Shown: one piece after another, positions 48,485-58,324 of the stretch | Layout of the letters: every line of letters starts with the position of its first letter | Position numbering within the stretch: the first letter of the stretch is position 1 | Source: Lachnospiraceae bacterium UBA3633 | GTDB taxonomy: Bacteria; Bacillota; Clostridia; Lachnospirales; Lachnospiraceae | Assembly (NCBI GenBank): GCA_002374095.1 | Contig: DFKY01000003.1 | Span: 15,839-79,838 of the forward strand | Length of the DNA: 64,000 nucleotides | Direction of reading: 5' to 3' | Notes under the pieces: generated by a model | Told to the model about the DNA's origin: nothing | The model's input: the letters and a program-made list of their open reading frames with translations, nothing else | Databases searched by the model: none | Made by a program: the position numbers and the translations under genes

Positions 48485-49834
48485 TTAATTTAATACTCGC
48501 ATTATTGTATCTGCAGCATATTTCACGACTACATTTTCATTTCTCTCAACCACAAGTATTATTATGTCATCTGAAGCTTTTATCCAGTCAGCGACAAAAT
48601 CTTTATCCAGATTTGAAAATGATGTATAATAAAAATCTTTGAATTCTTTTTTTGCATGATCTGCAACTGCCACAGAATATGAATCCCCTATAAGAAGTGC
48701 CGACTCGGGAGCACCTTTATCACAGGTAGTATGCTTTGCTGGTTTATCAAATGCATCAACCACCACATCTTCTGTAACTATGCAGTCGTCTTTATAATTT
48801 AAGATTTTATATTCTATATTTGGTGCAAAGTTAACTGATGAAATATTGCCAAATGGTATAAGGTCACCAAGGGCTATCTCTTCTCGATATTTTTCAAGAT
48901 CTAAATCATATAAGCTTTTAGCCTCAAGCCCAAGTGCTTCTTTTATACTATTAAGCGCAAGATAAGCTCCTACAGTATTCCAATGGCTATCATACTTTTT
49001 GTACAATATATAATTTTGTTTTTCTCTCAAAAAATCTTCTTTTTGATATATATAATTAATGTCTGTGCTTGCCTTTATATAGTCTCTTATATAAATTGGA
49101 AGTTCAGTCTTATCTTTAAATTCATATGTAGCCATATACTCCGGATATATCTCTTCTTTCTCTGGGCAAATATAAATTACTAATTTTTTACCATGTTTTT
49201 TCAAGACATCATTTAGCTTTAGATATAGTTTCTCTCTATCTTTTATTTCTGATGCTGATGCAAGACTCTTTTTCCCAGTATAATAATCAATGTTACTTCC
49301 ATATAAATAAAGCCAATCACTTTGTCCTATGACAACCCTACTATTATCTGAAAGCTTTAGTGGATAGTCAATAGATGGATCATACGGATCTATATCATCT
49401 TTTGCAAGCGCATGATTAAAAAATAAATCTACAGCCTGATCAAAACATCTATAAGCCCTACCATCTCTTTCGCCACTATATAGTGTACTTGCTTCAATTT
49501 CTTTTCTTTTACTAAATATTTTAAGTAAAGTTTTTTCTAAACTATTTTTATATGGAGCTTCAATACTTGAATCTATATTTTTCTTTGTAGTGATAAGGAC
49601 AGATCTAAAGGGTATCCGATCATTATAATAGTTTTCGTATTCTACATTTACATTATCAAGATTTATCGTCTCACTTAGTGTCGCCTTTAATCTTTTTTCG
49701 TTTAAATCAAAATCTATTGTCTCCATTATCTTCGGATCAGATATATTAAGTACATTAAGAATTCCCCATGATATAGTAGGGACTATCAATAGTATAATGA
49801 AAATTGATATATATATATTTCTCTTCATAATCAA
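48485..49834 (-). CDS. DHHW-family / AlgX-DltD-like SGNH protein (partner of MBOAT)
   Basis: N-terminal TM anchor, the KKYDSHWNTVGAY motif (a DHHW variant) and GDSYS. 4-nt overlap with the upstream MBOAT gene. Confidence 0.7.
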   Translation of the reverse strand: MIMKRNIYISIFIILLIVPTISWGILNVLNISDPKIMETIDFDLNEKRLKATLSETINLDNVNVEYENYYNDRIPFRSVLITTKKNIDSSIEAPYKNSLEKTLLKIFSKRKEIEASTLYSGERDGRAYRCFDQAVDLFFNHALAKDDIDPYDPSIDYPLKLSDNSRVVIGQSDWLYLYGSNIDYYTGKKSLASASEIKDREKLYLKLNDVLKKHGKKLVIYICPEKEEIYPEYMATYEFKDKTELPIYIRDYIKASTDINYIYQKEDFLREKQNYILYKKYDSHWNTVGAYLALNSIKEALGLEAKSLYDLDLEKYREEIALGDLIPFGNISSVNFAPNIEYKILNYKDDCIVTEDVVVDAFDKPAKHTTCDKGAPESALLIGDSYSVAVADHAKKEFKDFYYTSFSNLDKDFVADWIKASDDIIILVVERNENVVVKYAADTIMRVLN

Positions 49835-51309
49835 AATTGAAAATAGATAAATGGGTTATATGTGCCATCAGCGATACTCAGTATTGAATATGCAAGTATA
49901 CTAAATTGTAGTAAAGCATCTATTACATTTACAATCGTAAAATTTTTTAGTTTTGCATATAAGTTGGCACATGGTCTTTGTACTATGCCCATAAAAAGTA
50001 TACCTATAACTAATACTATAATATATTTCATAGATACAAATGTAAGCACATTATAGCTTGAATCCAAAGTAAAATACTGCCCAAAAATAGTAAACGCATC
50101 GGATACTGTATCACATCTAAATACTACAAATAAAAGTACAGCTATAACAAATGTATACAAAAAATTAATTATCTTTATTTTATTCCAATTCAAAAATTTA
50201 AGTAAAAATAGCTTTTCTATAATCTGTATAATTCCATATATAACTCCCCAAAGTATGAAAGTGAAGTTGGCTCCATGCCATATACCAGTAAGTAAAAATA
50301 CTATCATAAGGTTTATGCAAGTTCTGACTATGCCATGTCTATTACCTCCGAGTGGTATATAGACATACTCTTTAAACCAAGTAGATAAAGATATATGCCA
50401 CCTTCTCCAAAACTCTGTTATTGAAAAAGATGTATATGGATAATCAAAGTTTTCTTTAAATTTAAAGCCAAACATAAGCCCAAGTCCTATCGCCATATCA
50501 GAATATCCAGAAAAATCATAGTAAATCTGTAATGCATACGATATAGTAAAAAGTAACGCTATAAAAAGTCCTATCTTTTCAAGTTCAAGTGCATATATGT
50601 TGTCAACTGCAAGTGCAAATGTATTGGCAAGTATTACCTTTTTTCCTATACCATAGCAAAATCTTTTTATACCTTTTGAAAACTTTATACTCGTTTCCTT
50701 TCTATAGTTTATCTGCTCTGCTACATCGGCATATCTAACTATAGGACCAGCTATTAGTTGTGGAAAAAGTGCTACATATAGACCAAAGTCAAGTATATTT
50801 TTTTGCCTCTTTGCGTCCCCTCTATATACATCTACCACATATGACATAGCTTGGAAAGTAAAAAATGAAATCCCAATCGGAAGCACTATTGTCTTTATAC
50901 CAAGTGCACCCGTTCCTCTCATATTGAAAATATTTATAAAAAAAGTCCTTAAGTCATGACCTTCCATCATCTGTTCAATGATGACTACAATCATATTGAA
51001 GTATTTAAAATATCCAAGTACTAAAAGATTAAGTAATATAGTGATAAAGAGTATCCACTTCTTGAGTGCCATTTTTTCTGTTTTTGATATGAAATATCCA
51101 CCAAAGAAATTGATGATGATTGAAAATATCATTATAGATAGAAAATAAAGACCACCCCATGCATAAAAAATAAGGCTCGCGATAAGTAAAAAAATATTTT
51201 TTGCATGTATACGAACTGCATCTTCTTTTATTATTAAATTAAATGAATAATTGACAATTAATACTATAGGCAAGAAAACCCATAGAAAAATCATCGAACT
51301 AAAAAGCAT
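49831..51309 (-). CDS. MBOAT-family O-acyltransferase (AlgI/DltB-like)
   Basis: Polytopic protein with FWRRWHISLSTWFKEYVYIPLGGNR and the conserved His region GIWHGA. Confidence 0.9.
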   Translation of the reverse strand: MLFSSMIFLWVFLPIVLIVNYSFNLIIKEDAVRIHAKNIFLLIASLIFYAWGGLYFLSIMIFSIIINFFGGYFISKTEKMALKKWILFITILLNLLVLGYFKYFNMIVVIIEQMMEGHDLRTFFINIFNMRGTGALGIKTIVLPIGISFFTFQAMSYVVDVYRGDAKRQKNILDFGLYVALFPQLIAGPIVRYADVAEQINYRKETSIKFSKGIKRFCYGIGKKVILANTFALAVDNIYALELEKIGLFIALLFTISYALQIYYDFSGYSDMAIGLGLMFGFKFKENFDYPYTSFSITEFWRRWHISLSTWFKEYVYIPLGGNRHGIVRTCINLMIVFLLTGIWHGANFTFILWGVIYGIIQIIEKLFLLKFLNWNKIKIINFLYTFVIAVLLFVVFRCDTVSDAFTIFGQYFTLDSSYNVLTFVSMKYIIVLVIGILFMGIVQRPCANLYAKLKNFTIVNVIDALLQFSILAYSILSIADGTYNPFIYFQF

Positions 51310-54072
51310 CTACCCTCCAAATTTTGCATTAAATTCATCGATTGTCATAAGTACTTCTCTTTGCTTCTTTCCTTCTTGTCTTGATATAATCCCTTCGCTT
51401 TCAAGCTGATCTATAATTCTTGCAGCACGATTAAATCCCATAGCGAATTTTCTCTGTATCATGCCAATTGATGCTTCTTGCCTTTCTACTATAAATCTTC
51501 CTATTTCTACAAATCTTTCATCTTTTTCATCACCATCAGCACTGCCTGTTGATTCACTTATAGGACCATTTTCAATTGATTTTTCTATGTTCTCATCATA
51601 TTCAATAGTGTCATCTTTTATATAATTTACAGTTTCAAGGACCTCATCTTCAGATACATAAGCGCCTTGCACTCTTACAGGTTCTGGTATACCTTGAGGG
51701 AAATAAAGCATATCTCCATGTCCAAGAAGTTTCTCTGCGCCTCTTCTATCAAGCACAACTTGAGAATCTGTACCAGATGATACTGCAAATGATATTCTAC
51801 TTGGTACATTGGTTTTAATACTTCCTGAAATCACATTGACTGACGGACGCTGTGTGGCTATCACAAGATATATACCGCAGGCCCTTGCAAGTTGAGCTAT
51901 CCGCATGATAGAGTTTTCCACTTCTTTAGATGCTACCATCATGAGATCAGCAAACTCATCAATAATTATCACTATATATGGAAGTTTCTTTGACTCTTCA
52001 GCATTTGTGTCGCCATCAACACTTACGCTCTGTCTACTTTGCTCCATTTTTATTGCTTGATTATAACTTTCTATGTCTCTTACTCTCTTCTCTTGTATAA
52101 GATTATAACGCCTTGTCATCTCTGACACAGCCCACGACAATGCTCCTGCTGCTTTTTTCATATTAGTCACTACAGGTATAAGTAGATGTGGTATACCATC
52201 ATAAACTTGAAGCTCTACAACCTTTGGATCAACCATGATCATCCTTACATCTTCTGGGCTTGCTTTATAAATAAGTGATGTGATTATACTATTGACACAG
52301 ACAGATTTTCCAGAACCTGTAGCACCTGCTATAAGAAGATGTGGCATCTTTCGCAAATCTGTAATTATATTTTTACCTGATATATCTTTACCTATAGCTA
52401 CTGTAAGTTTTGATTCTGCATTTCTAAACTCTGGCGACGCTATAATATCCCCAAGAAGGACACCTGTGCTCTTTTCATTGGCAATTTCTATACCAATTGC
52501 AGCTTTACCTGGTATTGGCGCTTCTATCTTAAGTGAACTTGCAGCAAGTGCAAGTTGAAGATCATTTTCAAGTGATAATATTTTTGATATCTTGACCCCA
52601 ATATCTGGTCTTAATTCATATCGTGTAACTGCTGGTCCTACAGTTATATTTAGAAGAGTTGCTCCAATTCCAAATGTTTTAAGTGTATCTACAAGTATCA
52701 TTCCTTTTTCATTTAGATTTGGATCTTTTGTCACCGCATGTCTATCGCTCTTTTCAAGTATACTTGTAGGTGGAAATTTGTACTTCTTAACTCTCTTTTT
52801 ACGAGTTATTGTTATGTCATTTTTTGGCAGAGTATCATTCTTAATCTCTATACCATCTTTTTCTATATTTGAAAGAGTCTTTTTCGAATCATCCTTTACT
52901 ATAGGTGTCTCTCTATTTAGTTCTTCAAGACCACTTGCAAAACTCTTTTCATCAACATTATATACACTATCAGATGTATCTTCATCATACACATTTTTAT
53001 ATACTTCAGAGTCATTTGCACTCTCAACTTTCGGTTTAGACAAGATTAGACTATCAAGTTCATCTATTGGTTTCATCCCTTCAGTGTAGAAAAATCTACT
53101 ATCAGTGTTGCCTTTTTCTTTTTCTTCATATATAACTTCATTGATGCTCTTTTTTCTAAGTTCTTTCAAAAGATGACTTTGAGGTCTATCAATATCTTGA
53201 TTCTCTTTTTTCGCACTATAAAGATGTGACGAGATATCTTCAGGCGTAACGGTAACTTTCGATGTATCAAAAGTCTTTTTTCTTATATCCATTGGCTCAA
53301 GCACAAGTCTACTGCTCGGTATCTTACTATCAAATGAAACTTGGATATTACTTTTTTTACTTTTTTCATATGCTTCTTTAAGTATCTTCTCATTATCCAA
53401 AGCTATCTGCCTATCTTCTTCACGTCTTGCTGACAAACGCTTTGGCAACCCAAATATAAATGAAAATATTGATCTAAAAAATGCCGCTATATGCATTGGT
53501 AACTTGGTGCCAAATATCAGTATAAATGATATAAGTGAAATTACTGAAAATGTAACAATTGATGCCAACTTTCCTATGGCCTTACATGCAATAAGTGATA
53601 TAGATGTGCCAAAAATTCCACCACTAAATCTTTCTGAATCAAAATATTCTGAATATTTTTTGCCATTCTCTATATTTTCACTTAGGGTCTGCATGAAATC
53701 AGATGTAGCATCATAGTTATTAAAAGCAGTTTCAACTATACATATAGCCATTATATAAAGTATAATAAGTCCATAAATCTTTACATTTAGTATCTTACCT
53801 TTGTAAAAAAAGCTCATAACTACAGAAGCAAGTATAATTATAGGGAAAAGATTGCCAAATTGCCCAAATAAATACATGACAATATCTCTTACAATATCGC
53901 CAATTGACCCACCTAAACGAAAATTAGATAACGTCACAAATATTGCAAAAAATATCAAGATAATGGCGCTTATCCAATTTCCAGAATAACTTGGTTCGCT
54001 GTCTTCGCTTCTATGTTTTTTTCTCAGAACCTTTGCAGTTTTAGTTTTTCTCTTTTTACTTCTTAAAGCCAT
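51310..54072 (-). CDS. ftsK: DNA translocase FtsK/SpoIIIE
   Basis: N-terminal TM domain, a long linker, a motor domain with Walker A GATGSGKSV and IIDEFADL, and a C-terminal gamma wHTH. Confidence 0.9.
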   Translation of the reverse strand: MALRSKKRKTKTAKVLRKKHRSEDSEPSYSGNWISAIILIFFAIFVTLSNFRLGGSIGDIVRDIVMYLFGQFGNLFPIIILASVVMSFFYKGKILNVKIYGLIILYIMAICIVETAFNNYDATSDFMQTLSENIENGKKYSEYFDSERFSGGIFGTSISLIACKAIGKLASIVTFSVISLISFILIFGTKLPMHIAAFFRSIFSFIFGLPKRLSARREEDRQIALDNEKILKEAYEKSKKSNIQVSFDSKIPSSRLVLEPMDIRKKTFDTSKVTVTPEDISSHLYSAKKENQDIDRPQSHLLKELRKKSINEVIYEEKEKGNTDSRFFYTEGMKPIDELDSLILSKPKVESANDSEVYKNVYDEDTSDSVYNVDEKSFASGLEELNRETPIVKDDSKKTLSNIEKDGIEIKNDTLPKNDITITRKKRVKKYKFPPTSILEKSDRHAVTKDPNLNEKGMILVDTLKTFGIGATLLNITVGPAVTRYELRPDIGVKISKILSLENDLQLALAASSLKIEAPIPGKAAIGIEIANEKSTGVLLGDIIASPEFRNAESKLTVAIGKDISGKNIITDLRKMPHLLIAGATGSGKSVCVNSIITSLIYKASPEDVRMIMVDPKVVELQVYDGIPHLLIPVVTNMKKAAGALSWAVSEMTRRYNLIQEKRVRDIESYNQAIKMEQSRQSVSVDGDTNAEESKKLPYIVIIIDEFADLMMVASKEVENSIMRIAQLARACGIYLVIATQRPSVNVISGSIKTNVPSRISFAVSSGTDSQVVLDRRGAEKLLGHGDMLYFPQGIPEPVRVQGAYVSEDEVLETVNYIKDDTIEYDENIEKSIENGPISESTGSADGDEKDERFVEIGRFIVERQEASIGMIQRKFAMGFNRAARIIDQLESEGIISRQEGKKQREVLMTIDEFNAKFGG

Positions 54073-54083
54073 ATATTTTCGCT

Positions 54084-55178
54084 TTACACATTAAATCTAA
54101 AAAGCATCACATCTCCATCTTGCACTACATAATCTTTCCCTTCTATCCTGACAAGTCCTTTTTCTTTTGCTTTTGCAAGACTTCCACATTCAAGAAGTTC
54201 TTTATAATTTATAACTTCAGCTTTTATAAATCCTTTCTCAAAGTCAGTATGTATCTTTCCTGCTGCCTCAGGCGCTTTTGTGCCTATAGTTATAGTCCAA
54301 GCTCTTGATTCTTTTTCTCCTGCAGTCAAAAATGACATAAGATTAAGTAGCTTGTAGCAAGCTTTTACAAGTTTATCAAGTCCTGACTCTTTTATGCCAA
54401 GTTCTTTTAGAAACTCTTCTTTCTCACTATCATCAAGGTCTTGAAGATCTGCTTCAACTTTAGCTGAAAGTACAAATGCTTCTGAGCCGTTTGCTTTTGC
54501 ATATTCTTTTGCTCTTTTTACATGTTCATTATTCGCTCCATCATTTGCTACATCATCTTCTGATACATTAAGTGCATATATTACTTTCTTATCAGTAAGA
54601 AGACTCATATCTTTTATAAACTTATTATCATCGTCACTTCTCTCAAAACTTATAGCAAGTTTTCCAGACTCAAGATGAGCTTTTAATTTGTCAAGTACTT
54701 CATACTCTACTTTCGCCTCTTTATCATTATTCATCTGGTGTTTAACCTTTGAAAGTCTTTTTTCTAAAGTTTCAAGGTCTGCAAATATAAGCTCCATATT
54801 GATAACTTCTATATCACGAATTGGATCTACACTTCCATCTACATGTATTATATTGCTATCTTCAAAGCAACGCACCACATGAACTATGGCATCGGTTTCT
54901 CTGATGTTGGCAAGAAATTGATTACCAAGTCCTTCGCCTTTTGATGCTCCTTTCACGAGACCCGCTATATCTACAAATTCTATCGTTGCATAGGTGGTTT
55001 TTTCTGAATTATAAAGTTTTGTAAGTTCTTCTAATCGTTTATCAGGAATTGGCACAACCCCTACATTTGGTTCTATTGTACAAAAAGGATAGTTGGCACA
55101 CTCTGCACCAGCTTTTGTAATAGAATTAAATAAAGTACTCTTTCCTACATTAGGTAAGCCTACTATTCCAAGTTTCAT
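54084..55178 (-). CDS. ychF: Redox-regulated ribosome-binding ATPase YchF
   Basis: GIVGLPNVGKSTLFN, DIAGLVKGAS and a C-terminal TGS domain (IHTDFEKGFIKAEV). Confidence 0.95.
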   Translation of the reverse strand: MKLGIVGLPNVGKSTLFNSITKAGAECANYPFCTIEPNVGVVPIPDKRLEELTKLYNSEKTTYATIEFVDIAGLVKGASKGEGLGNQFLANIRETDAIVHVVRCFEDSNIIHVDGSVDPIRDIEVINMELIFADLETLEKRLSKVKHQMNNDKEAKVEYEVLDKLKAHLESGKLAISFERSDDDNKFIKDMSLLTDKKVIYALNVSEDDVANDGANNEHVKRAKEYAKANGSEAFVLSAKVEADLQDLDDSEKEEFLKELGIKESGLDKLVKACYKLLNLMSFLTAGEKESRAWTITIGTKAPEAAGKIHTDFEKGFIKAEVINYKELLECGSLAKAKEKGLVRIEGKDYVVQDGDVMLFRFNV

Positions 55179-55212
55179 AACTACTCATCTCCCTTTTCAT
55201 CACTCTCTTGTA

Positions 55213-55285
55213 TGGTCGAGCTGTGCAAGACTCTTTGCCGCTCACGTAGCTCGCGGCTACAGTACGGGCGAGCTGTGCGAGCCCC
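55213..55285. repeat. Three-unit alternating-orientation cluster of the GC-rich REP-like family (BIME-like)
   Basis: Forward TGGTCGAGCTGTGCAAGACTC (55213-55233), inverted GCCGCTCACGTAGCTCGCGGC (55237-55257), forward GGGCGAGCTGTGCGAGCCCC (55266-55285). Segments 55240-55254 and 55268-55282 pair at 14 of 15 positions, including 2 G.T. Confidence 0.85.
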
Positions 55286-56225
55286 ATCTGCCTTTCATGT
55301 TATATATATAAATAATACATCCAAGCACCACACATGCAACCGCTACAAGTTGCGAAACCCTAAATATTCCAAGCATCAAACTATCAGTTCTAAGCGACTC
55401 TACAAAAAATCTTATAACCCCATATCCTATAAGATATGTAGCAAGTATCTGTCCTTTAAACTTATAATACTTTTTTATTATAATAATCAAAACTATAAAA
55501 AGTAATATGTTTAAAAATGATTCATAGAAGAATGTAGGATGTGCTTGTATATAGCTTATACCATTTTCTTCTATCATATTAATCTTTTGTTCAAAAGTTA
55601 TGCTACTCTGATCTATATAATCAGTCCTCATACGCATAGCCAAAAGATTATTGGTATATCCACCAAATGCTTCCATATTAAAGAAATTGCCATATCTGCC
55701 AATCGCTTGTCCTATCACAACACCCATCATTGTCGCATCAAGAACTTTCAAGATGTCCACTTTCTTTATAAAAGAATATACTGCAATCGCAATAACGCCA
55801 AGTATTATGCCTCCAAATACAGCAAGTCCACCAGCTCTTATATCAAGTATCTCATATGGTCTTATTTGGTAATAATCCCATCTAAATATTACATAGTATG
55901 CTCTTGCGCCAATCACACCAAAAATTACAACTAGAATAAATATATCATACAAAGTATCTTCGCTTACATCTATAAGCTTTCCAAAATGCGTCGCTACATA
56001 GAAGCCTATAAGCATACCCAAAGCAATAATGATACCATAATAAGCTATAGTAAAATTACCTATATGAATATTATTTCTTAAAGTTTCTATATATATTCCA
56101 AGATTTGGGAATGCTATATCATAACCTTTTGCATCATTCATGACCACATTTGAAACTGTAGATACTGTACTTATCACATTTGATACTGATGATATTATTT
56201 CATTTGTCAAAAACAAAAAATTCAT
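55257..56225 (-). CDS. lgt: Prolipoprotein diacylglyceryl transferase
   Basis: FPNLGIYI, the signature GRYGNFFNMEAFG and a polytopic profile. The start is uncertain (56225, with an AGGAG 13 nt upstream, or 56141 giving MNDAKGYDIAFP). The last 13 codons and the TAG stop lie within the repeat cluster. Confidence 0.9.
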   Translation of the reverse strand: MNFLFLTNEIISSVSNVISTVSTVSNVVMNDAKGYDIAFPNLGIYIETLRNNIHIGNFTIAYYGIIIALGMLIGFYVATHFGKLIDVSEDTLYDIFILVVIFGVIGARAYYVIFRWDYYQIRPYEILDIRAGGLAVFGGIILGVIAIAVYSFIKKVDILKVLDATMMGVVIGQAIGRYGNFFNMEAFGGYTNNLLAMRMRTDYIDQSSITFEQKINMIEENGISYIQAHPTFFYESFLNILLFIVLIIIIKKYYKFKGQILATYLIGYGVIRFFVESLRTDSLMLGIFRVSQLVAVACVVLGCIIYIYNMKGRWGSHSSPVL

Positions 56226-56240
56226 AACTAACTATTACTC

Positions 56241-58220
56241 CTACTTAATCATTTTTATAAAATCATTCTCACTGATAATTTTAACACCCAGTTCTTTTGC
56301 CTTTTTATTTTTAGTAGAGTTACTCGTCACATCATTATTGATTAGATAATTTGTATTTTTGCTTACAGATGTTGCGGTTTTCCCACCATTATCTTCTATT
56401 ACCTTTACAAGCTCATCTCTATTCTCAAAGTTTTCTAGACTTCCTGTAATTACAAATGTCATACCATTTAGTTTGGCGGCACCTTTTATACTATCTTTTT
56501 TAATTTTCACTTCTTTTATTATGTCATCAAGAATTCTTTTATTATTCTTATCAGAAAAGAAATCTTTAATCGATTTCGCAAGTACTGGTCCTATATCATC
56601 TATACCTTGAAGTTCCGATTCATCTGCATTCACTATTTTTTCTATATCATTTTCAAAATGTCTTGCTAAAGTCTTTGCATTTGCCGTGCCGATACCAATA
56701 ATTCCCAGTGCATTTATAACTCGAAAGCACTCTGTATCACGGCTCTTGTCTACTGATGATATAATATTTTGATAAGACTTCTCACCAAATCCATCAAGCC
56801 CTACTATCTCATCTTTGTGGCTCTCAAGTTTATATAAATCTCCATATTCTTTTATAATTCCTTTTGACAAAAATGTCTCTATAGTCGCTATACTTATCCC
56901 TTCTATATTCATGCAGTTTCTTGACACAAAGTTTTCAAAACCTTTGATGTTTTTAACAGGACACAATTTATTTTCACAAAGTAAAGTTTTTACTCCATCA
57001 TTATTTTTTATGACAAGTTTGCTTTTGCAGACTGGACACTTATCGGGGTACTTAAGGCTTCCACTTTTAGTAAGGTTTTCTTCGACTTGCGGTATGATCA
57101 TATTGGCCTTAAATACTTTTATCCTATCGCCAATGCCAAGCTTCAATTCTTCTATTATAGAGATATTATGAAGCGATGCTCTTGATACATTTGTCCCTTC
57201 AAGCTCGACTGTATCAAATATAGCTACAGGATTTATAAGTCCTGTCCTACTTGGTGACCACTCTACTTCACGAAGTGTCGTCTCTGCTGTCTCATCTTGC
57301 CATTTAAAAGCGAGAGCATTCCTTGGAAACTTTGAAGTCGCACCAAGAGACTCTCCATACTTTATATCGTTAAATATGAGAACAAGTCCATCAGACGGAT
57401 AATCATTTTTCACTACATCTTTTGAATAAAAATCTATAGTATCAAGAATATTTTCCTTATTAACTTTTTTTCTAAAAACTGTCTCAAACGATAGATCATC
57501 AAGAAATCTCATCTGATTTTCAAAAGTAGAATTGACCTTTTCTTCTTCTTTTGTCTTATTATCACCACCTATCTCTACAAGTGAAAATATCACAAGTCTC
57601 ACATTTCGCTTTTTAGTTATATTTGGATCAAGCTGACGGACAGATCCACTACATAAGTTCCTTGGATTTTTATACTTTTCAAAGCCAACACCAAGTTCAT
57701 CATTAATCTTATTAAAATCACTATAAGAAATGATTGCTTCACCACGAAGGACAAGATGTCCTTTATAATTTATTTTCAATGGCACATTGATAAACGCAGG
57801 TATATTATTGCTTATGTCTTCCCCAACCTCACCATTACCACGTGTAACGCCTGATACAAACTTTCCACCCTCATAAGTTAAGACTATAGTAAGTCCATCA
57901 AGCTTATAGGACAAGACCCCTTCTTTATCGCCAAGAAAATCTTTAAGTACATTTCTATCTTTTGTCTTATCAAGTGAAAGCATTGGCTTTTCGTGACGAA
58001 CTTTTGGTAGAAAGTCTGCTGCTACAAATCCTACATTTTCTGTAAGCGAATGGTCTGCTTTTATGCCATATTCATCTTCAAGAGATTTTAATTCATCATA
58101 AAGCCTATCATACTCAAAATTAGACATGATTTCTTTGTCTTCATTATAGTATGCTTCACTTGCTCTAGTGAGCAGTGTATTGATTTCTTCTATTCTCTTT
58201 TTAGCTTCTGTTTTATTCAT
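56241..58220 (-). CDS. ligA: NAD-dependent DNA ligase
   Basis: Adenylation motif SYKLDGL, the Zn finger CPVCKSKL...C..KLC, HhH repeats and a C-terminal BRCT domain (FVITGSL). Confidence 0.95.
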   Translation of the reverse strand: MNKTEAKKRIEEINTLLTRASEAYYNEDKEIMSNFEYDRLYDELKSLEDEYGIKADHSLTENVGFVAADFLPKVRHEKPMLSLDKTKDRNVLKDFLGDKEGVLSYKLDGLTIVLTYEGGKFVSGVTRGNGEVGEDISNNIPAFINVPLKINYKGHLVLRGEAIISYSDFNKINDELGVGFEKYKNPRNLCSGSVRQLDPNITKKRNVRLVIFSLVEIGGDNKTKEEEKVNSTFENQMRFLDDLSFETVFRKKVNKENILDTIDFYSKDVVKNDYPSDGLVLIFNDIKYGESLGATSKFPRNALAFKWQDETAETTLREVEWSPSRTGLINPVAIFDTVELEGTNVSRASLHNISIIEELKLGIGDRIKVFKANMIIPQVEENLTKSGSLKYPDKCPVCKSKLVIKNNDGVKTLLCENKLCPVKNIKGFENFVSRNCMNIEGISIATIETFLSKGIIKEYGDLYKLESHKDEIVGLDGFGEKSYQNIISSVDKSRDTECFRVINALGIIGIGTANAKTLARHFENDIEKIVNADESELQGIDDIGPVLAKSIKDFFSDKNNKRILDDIIKEVKIKKDSIKGAAKLNGMTFVITGSLENFENRDELVKVIEDNGGKTATSVSKNTNYLINNDVTSNSTKNKKAKELGVKIISENDFIKMIK

Positions 58221-58233
58221 TTACATATTGTCA

Positions 58234-58324
58234 AGGGCTATCTATATCCCCTTTACTACTTACGTAGCTTACAGCTACAGTTTTACTTCACAACGATTGT
58301 GCACGGGCAAGCTATGCGAGCCCC
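58234..58324. repeat. Three-subunit composite of the GC-rich REP-like family
   Basis: GGGCTATCTATATCCCC (58234-58250), ACGTAGCTTACAGCTACAGT (58262-58281, which matches ACGTAGCTCGCGGCTACAGT at 55244-55263) and GGGCAAGCTATGCGAGCCCC (58305-58324). The TAG stop of the pseudouridine synthase gene (58312-58314) lies inside the last unit. Confidence 0.75.
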
